From Bacilli bacterium (GTDB taxonomy: Bacteria; Bacillota_I; Bacilli_A; RF39; UBA660), in contig JAFUTV010000027.1 in assembly GCA_017484125.1 (NCBI GenBank), positions 10,375-74,374 on the forward strand: a stretch of 64,000 nucleotides of DNA. The letters run 5' to 3'. Below are positions 61,292-64,000 of the stretch, piece by piece. Below the pieces are notes generated by a model that searched no databases, was not told the origin of the DNA, and saw nothing but the letters and a program-made list of their open reading frames with translations. The first letter of the stretch is position 1, and every line of letters begins with the position of its first letter. A program made the position numbers and the translations under genes.

Positions 61292-62449
61292 ATGAGTAAT
61301 ATATGTAAAGAAGATTTAGAATATTTTTTAAGATTTGTTGAAACCAAAAGAGATGATAATGAACTTAATCATATTGATTTTTATTTCCTTCATACAAGGG
61401 AAGAATTAAATAAATTTATCAAAATATATCTAGAAAAAAATAATGTTAATAACAAGTATGATCTTATTTATATGATTAAAAGTATTATCAAATATATGTC
61501 TGGAATACATGATTTTACTTCTAATATAACTGATTTAAGTGAAAAATCACTACCTTTTACATTAAAATTTGTTGAAAATGAACTATATATAGATAAATGT
61601 TACGATAATATGTTTAATAAAGCTAAAATTATAGGGATAAATGGTGAAAATATAGGAAATTTAATGCTTGAAATGGAAAAAATAATACCTTATCCAACAA
61701 AAGAATGGCTTTTAAAGAGTTTAGAATCTGGTTTTTGTGATAAAAACATGATACTTTCTCTTCCATCTATTAAAAATGATAATAAAATGTTAGTAATTAA
61801 TACAAATATAGGCAATTTATCTATAGATTTAGACCATAATTATCCATTTTTAATTGATAATGTTGATAATTATAAGGTTATTAACAATGTTTTATTATAT
61901 GATGGTTTCAAAAACGTTAAAAATAATGAAATTAATTATAATGATATCGAATTTTTAATTAATAATAATAAAATAAATAGTCTTATTTTGGATTTAAGGG
62001 ATAAAAGTGATATAAATATAGATAAATTAATGATTTTAGTAGATTTTTTAAAGAAAAATAATATAGAAATATATATATATGTTAATAAAGGTGTATCATC
62101 TAATGCATTAAAAGCATGTTTTGAACTTAAAAGGAATGGATGCAAGCTAATTGGCGAAGAAATCGGATTACCAATTAATCAATTTGATAATAAAAACGAT
62201 AAAGGATTAACTCCAAACTATAAATTAAACATTATTTTACCAACCAATTATGTTTATTTAGACAATTCAAGTAACAAAATCGCAAATATTTCGGCAAAAA
62301 AAGAGTTATACTGCTTACCAAAGGATACTTTTGTTGAAAGATTTATAGAAATAGATGAATATTTACCATACAAAGAAGATGATTTTTTGCAAGATACTGA
62401 TCCTATATTATTTTTTGCGAAAAATTTATCAAAAAATCATCGATTATAG
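61292..62449 (+). CDS. Hypothetical cytoplasmic protein
   Basis: 385 aa. RBS GAAGGAGG. Only a faint S41-peptidase-like segment (LILDLRDKSD...YVNKGVSSNALKA). No signal peptide. Confidence 0.5.
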   Translation: MSNICKEDLEYFLRFVETKRDDNELNHIDFYFLHTREELNKFIKIYLEKNNVNNKYDLIYMIKSIIKYMSGIHDFTSNITDLSEKSLPFTLKFVENELYIDKCYDNMFNKAKIIGINGENIGNLMLEMEKIIPYPTKEWLLKSLESGFCDKNMILSLPSIKNDNKMLVINTNIGNLSIDLDHNYPFLIDNVDNYKVINNVLLYDGFKNVKNNEINYNDIEFLINNNKINSLILDLRDKSDINIDKLMILVDFLKKNNIEIYIYVNKGVSSNALKACFELKRNGCKLIGEEIGLPINQFDNKNDKGLTPNYKLNIILPTNYVYLDNSSNKIANISAKKELYCLPKDTFVERFIEIDEYLPYKEDDFLQDTDPILFFAKNLSKNHRL

Positions 62450-62665
62450 TTTTATAATTTGAAAATGCCCGAAAATTATGGATAAATTTTACTATTAATT
62501 ATTTTAATTTAAATTTTTAATTAATTAGTATTTGCGAAAATGTTACTTTTTTGATTAAAAACGTTGCTAAAAATAAAATAAAGTAATTAAATTTTATAAT
62601 TTATTTGCTTTTTTTATTTGATTTAAAACACTTAGGTGCTTATAATATATCTAGGTGATTTGCTT

Positions 62666-63163
62666 ATGAAAGAAAGATTTTTTGAAAAAATAAGCTTCAA
62701 TCAATTCAAAAAAGATATTTCTAGCGATGAAGAATTATATAATTCTTATGAACTACCAAAAAGGAAGACTAAATATTCGGCTGGTTATGATTTCATTGCC
62801 ATTAATGATTTTGAATTAAAACCTAATGAAATAATTAAAATACCAACTGGTATAAAAGCAAAATTTTTGGATAATGAATTTTTAATGCTTGCTGTAAGAA
62901 GTTCTATGGGATTTAAATTTAATGTTCGGATGTGCAATCAAGTTGGTATTATTGATAGTGATTACTATAATAATAAGGAAAATGAGGGGCATATTTGGAT
63001 TGCTTTGCAAAATCAAGGTGATTTAACATATAAAGTTAGTAAAGGTGATGGCATTTGTCAGGGTATATTCATAAAATATTATACCTGTGATGATGTTGTT
63101 GAAAAAGAAAGAACAGGTTGGAGTTGGAATTCAAATAAAGAAGGAGAAGATAATAATGAATAA
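62666..63163 (+). CDS. dut: dUTP diphosphatase (divergent)
   Basis: Motifs SAGYDF, IPTGI, RSSMG, GIIDSDY, ICQGIF and a C-terminal RTGWS. Likely start MKERFFEK at 62666 with RBS AGGTGA. Confidence 0.7.
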   Translation: MKERFFEKISFNQFKKDISSDEELYNSYELPKRKTKYSAGYDFIAINDFELKPNEIIKIPTGIKAKFLDNEFLMLAVRSSMGFKFNVRMCNQVGIIDSDYYNNKENEGHIWIALQNQGDLTYKVSKGDGICQGIFIKYYTCDDVVEKERTGWSWNSNKEGEDNNE

Positions 63164-64000
63164 GGAAAAGTATTATATTAGCACAGCAATAGCATATACT
63201 TCTGCTAAACCACATTTGGGAAATACATATGAAATTGTTTTAGCAGATGCTATTGCAAGATATAAAAGATTAAGAGGTTTTGATGTATATTTTCAAACAG
63301 GTACAGATGAACATGGTGAAAAAATAGAAAACAAAGCTAAGGAAGCTAATGTTACTCCTCAAGAATATGTTGATAATATTGCTTCTGAAATAAAGAAAAT
63401 TTGGGATGTGATGAATACATCATATGATAAATTTGTTAGAACAACAAATAAAGAACATGAAAGGGTAGTTCAAGATATATTTAAAAAATTTTATGATCAA
63501 GGAGATATTTATAAAGGAGAATATGAAGGTCTTTACTGTACTCCATGTGAATCTTTTTGGACAGAAAGTCAATTAGTTGATGGTAAATGTCCAGATTGTG
63601 GTGGTGAAGTCCATATAACTAGAGAAGAAGCTTACTTCTTTAAAATGAGTAAGTATTCTAAATGGTTAGAAGATTACATTGAATCACATCCTGATTTTAT
63701 TGATCCTGAGCCTAGAAAAAATGAAATTATGAATAATTTTATTAAACCTGGATTAAAAGATTTATGTGTTTCAAGAACAAGTTTTAAATGGGGTATTCCA
63801 GTTACTTTTGATGATAAACATGTTATTTATGTATGGATAGATGCATTATCTAATTATATTACTTTCTTAGGTTATGAAGTAAATAGTGATAGTAGTGAAG
63901 AATTTAAAAAGTACTGGCCAGCAGATTTGCATTTAATAGGTAAAGACATACTTAGATTTCATACAATCTATTGGCCTATTATGCTTCACGCATTAGGTGT
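63156..64000 (+). CDS. metG: Methionyl-tRNA synthetase, N-terminal part (continues beyond window)
   Basis: MNKEKYYISTAIAYTSAKPHLGNTYE (HIGH-type HLGN) and a zinc knuckle CTPCE...CPDCG. The ATG at 63156 overlaps the dut stop. RBS AAGGAGAAGA. Confidence 0.9.
   Translation, partial: MNKEKYYISTAIAYTSAKPHLGNTYEIVLADAIARYKRLRGFDVYFQTGTDEHGEKIENKAKEANVTPQEYVDNIASEIKKIWDVMNTSYDKFVRTTNKEHERVVQDIFKKFYDQGDIYKGEYEGLYCTPCESFWTESQLVDGKCPDCGGEVHITREEAYFFKMSKYSKWLEDYIESHPDFIDPEPRKNEIMNNFIKPGLKDLCVSRTSFKWGIPVTFDDKHVIYVWIDALSNYITFLGYEVNSDSSEEFKKYWPADLHLIGKDILRFHTIYWPIMLHALG

Noticed and set aside
62450-62665. Expected T-box riboswitch leader for metG.
   Set aside because: No specifier-loop or T-box consensus (AATTAGGGTGGNACCGCG-like) is recognisable by eye. 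A dut gene is interposed, so I do not call one.
1-64000. CRISPR arrays, tRNA or rRNA genes, IS elements.
   Set aside because: No regularly spaced short direct repeats, no tRNA-like cloverleaf candidates and no transposase-like ORFs were seen. The only repeat families found are the 18-bp palindrome and the 27-bp flanking repeat.

Overview
This is a very AT-rich (about 25-30% GC) Firmicutes chromosomal window centred on the replication origin. The minus-strand half (1-41.9 kb) ends with the origin-proximal block rpmH-rnpA-yidC-jag-[1.1 kb insert]-mnmE-mnmG-rsmG-parB. The plus-strand half begins dnaA-dnaN-[comK-like]-recF-gyrB-gyrA-(SRP RNA)-tadA-dnaX-ybaB-recR-bofA-holB-yaaT/ricT-trmN6-like-pth-mfd-spoVT-...-dut-metG. 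The remainder of the minus half carries housekeeping genes in Bacillus-like synteny: prfA-prmC-spoIIR-murA...rpmE-rpiB...spoIID-spoIIQ-like-x-rplI-dnaB, ftsE-ftsX-M23 activator, whiA, ung, rlmH, a P-type ATPase, and a DHHW/MBOAT O-acyltransferase pair. RpoE (RNA polymerase delta) together with spoIIR, spoIID, spoVT, bofA and a ComK-family gene point to a spore-forming member of Bacilli/Erysipelotrichia. This is mostly core genome with no CRISPR, no obvious prophage and no recognisable defence island. The features that the standard annotation does not explain are: (i) an 18-bp perfect palindrome ATGTTTCACGTGAAACAT present four times within 1.6 kb, three copies around tadA and one inside the dnaX coding sequence; (ii) a 1.1-kb cassette of a small ORF plus two membrane proteins inserted between jag and mnmE and flanked by about 27-bp direct repeats; (iii) a ComK-like gene in the slot normally held by yaaA between dnaN and recF, preceded by DnaA-box-like and Spo0A-box-like motifs; (iv) an orphan ParB with a roughly 230-aa low-complexity linker and no ParA. 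All calls rest on reading the sequence and on motif recall; no database search was possible.
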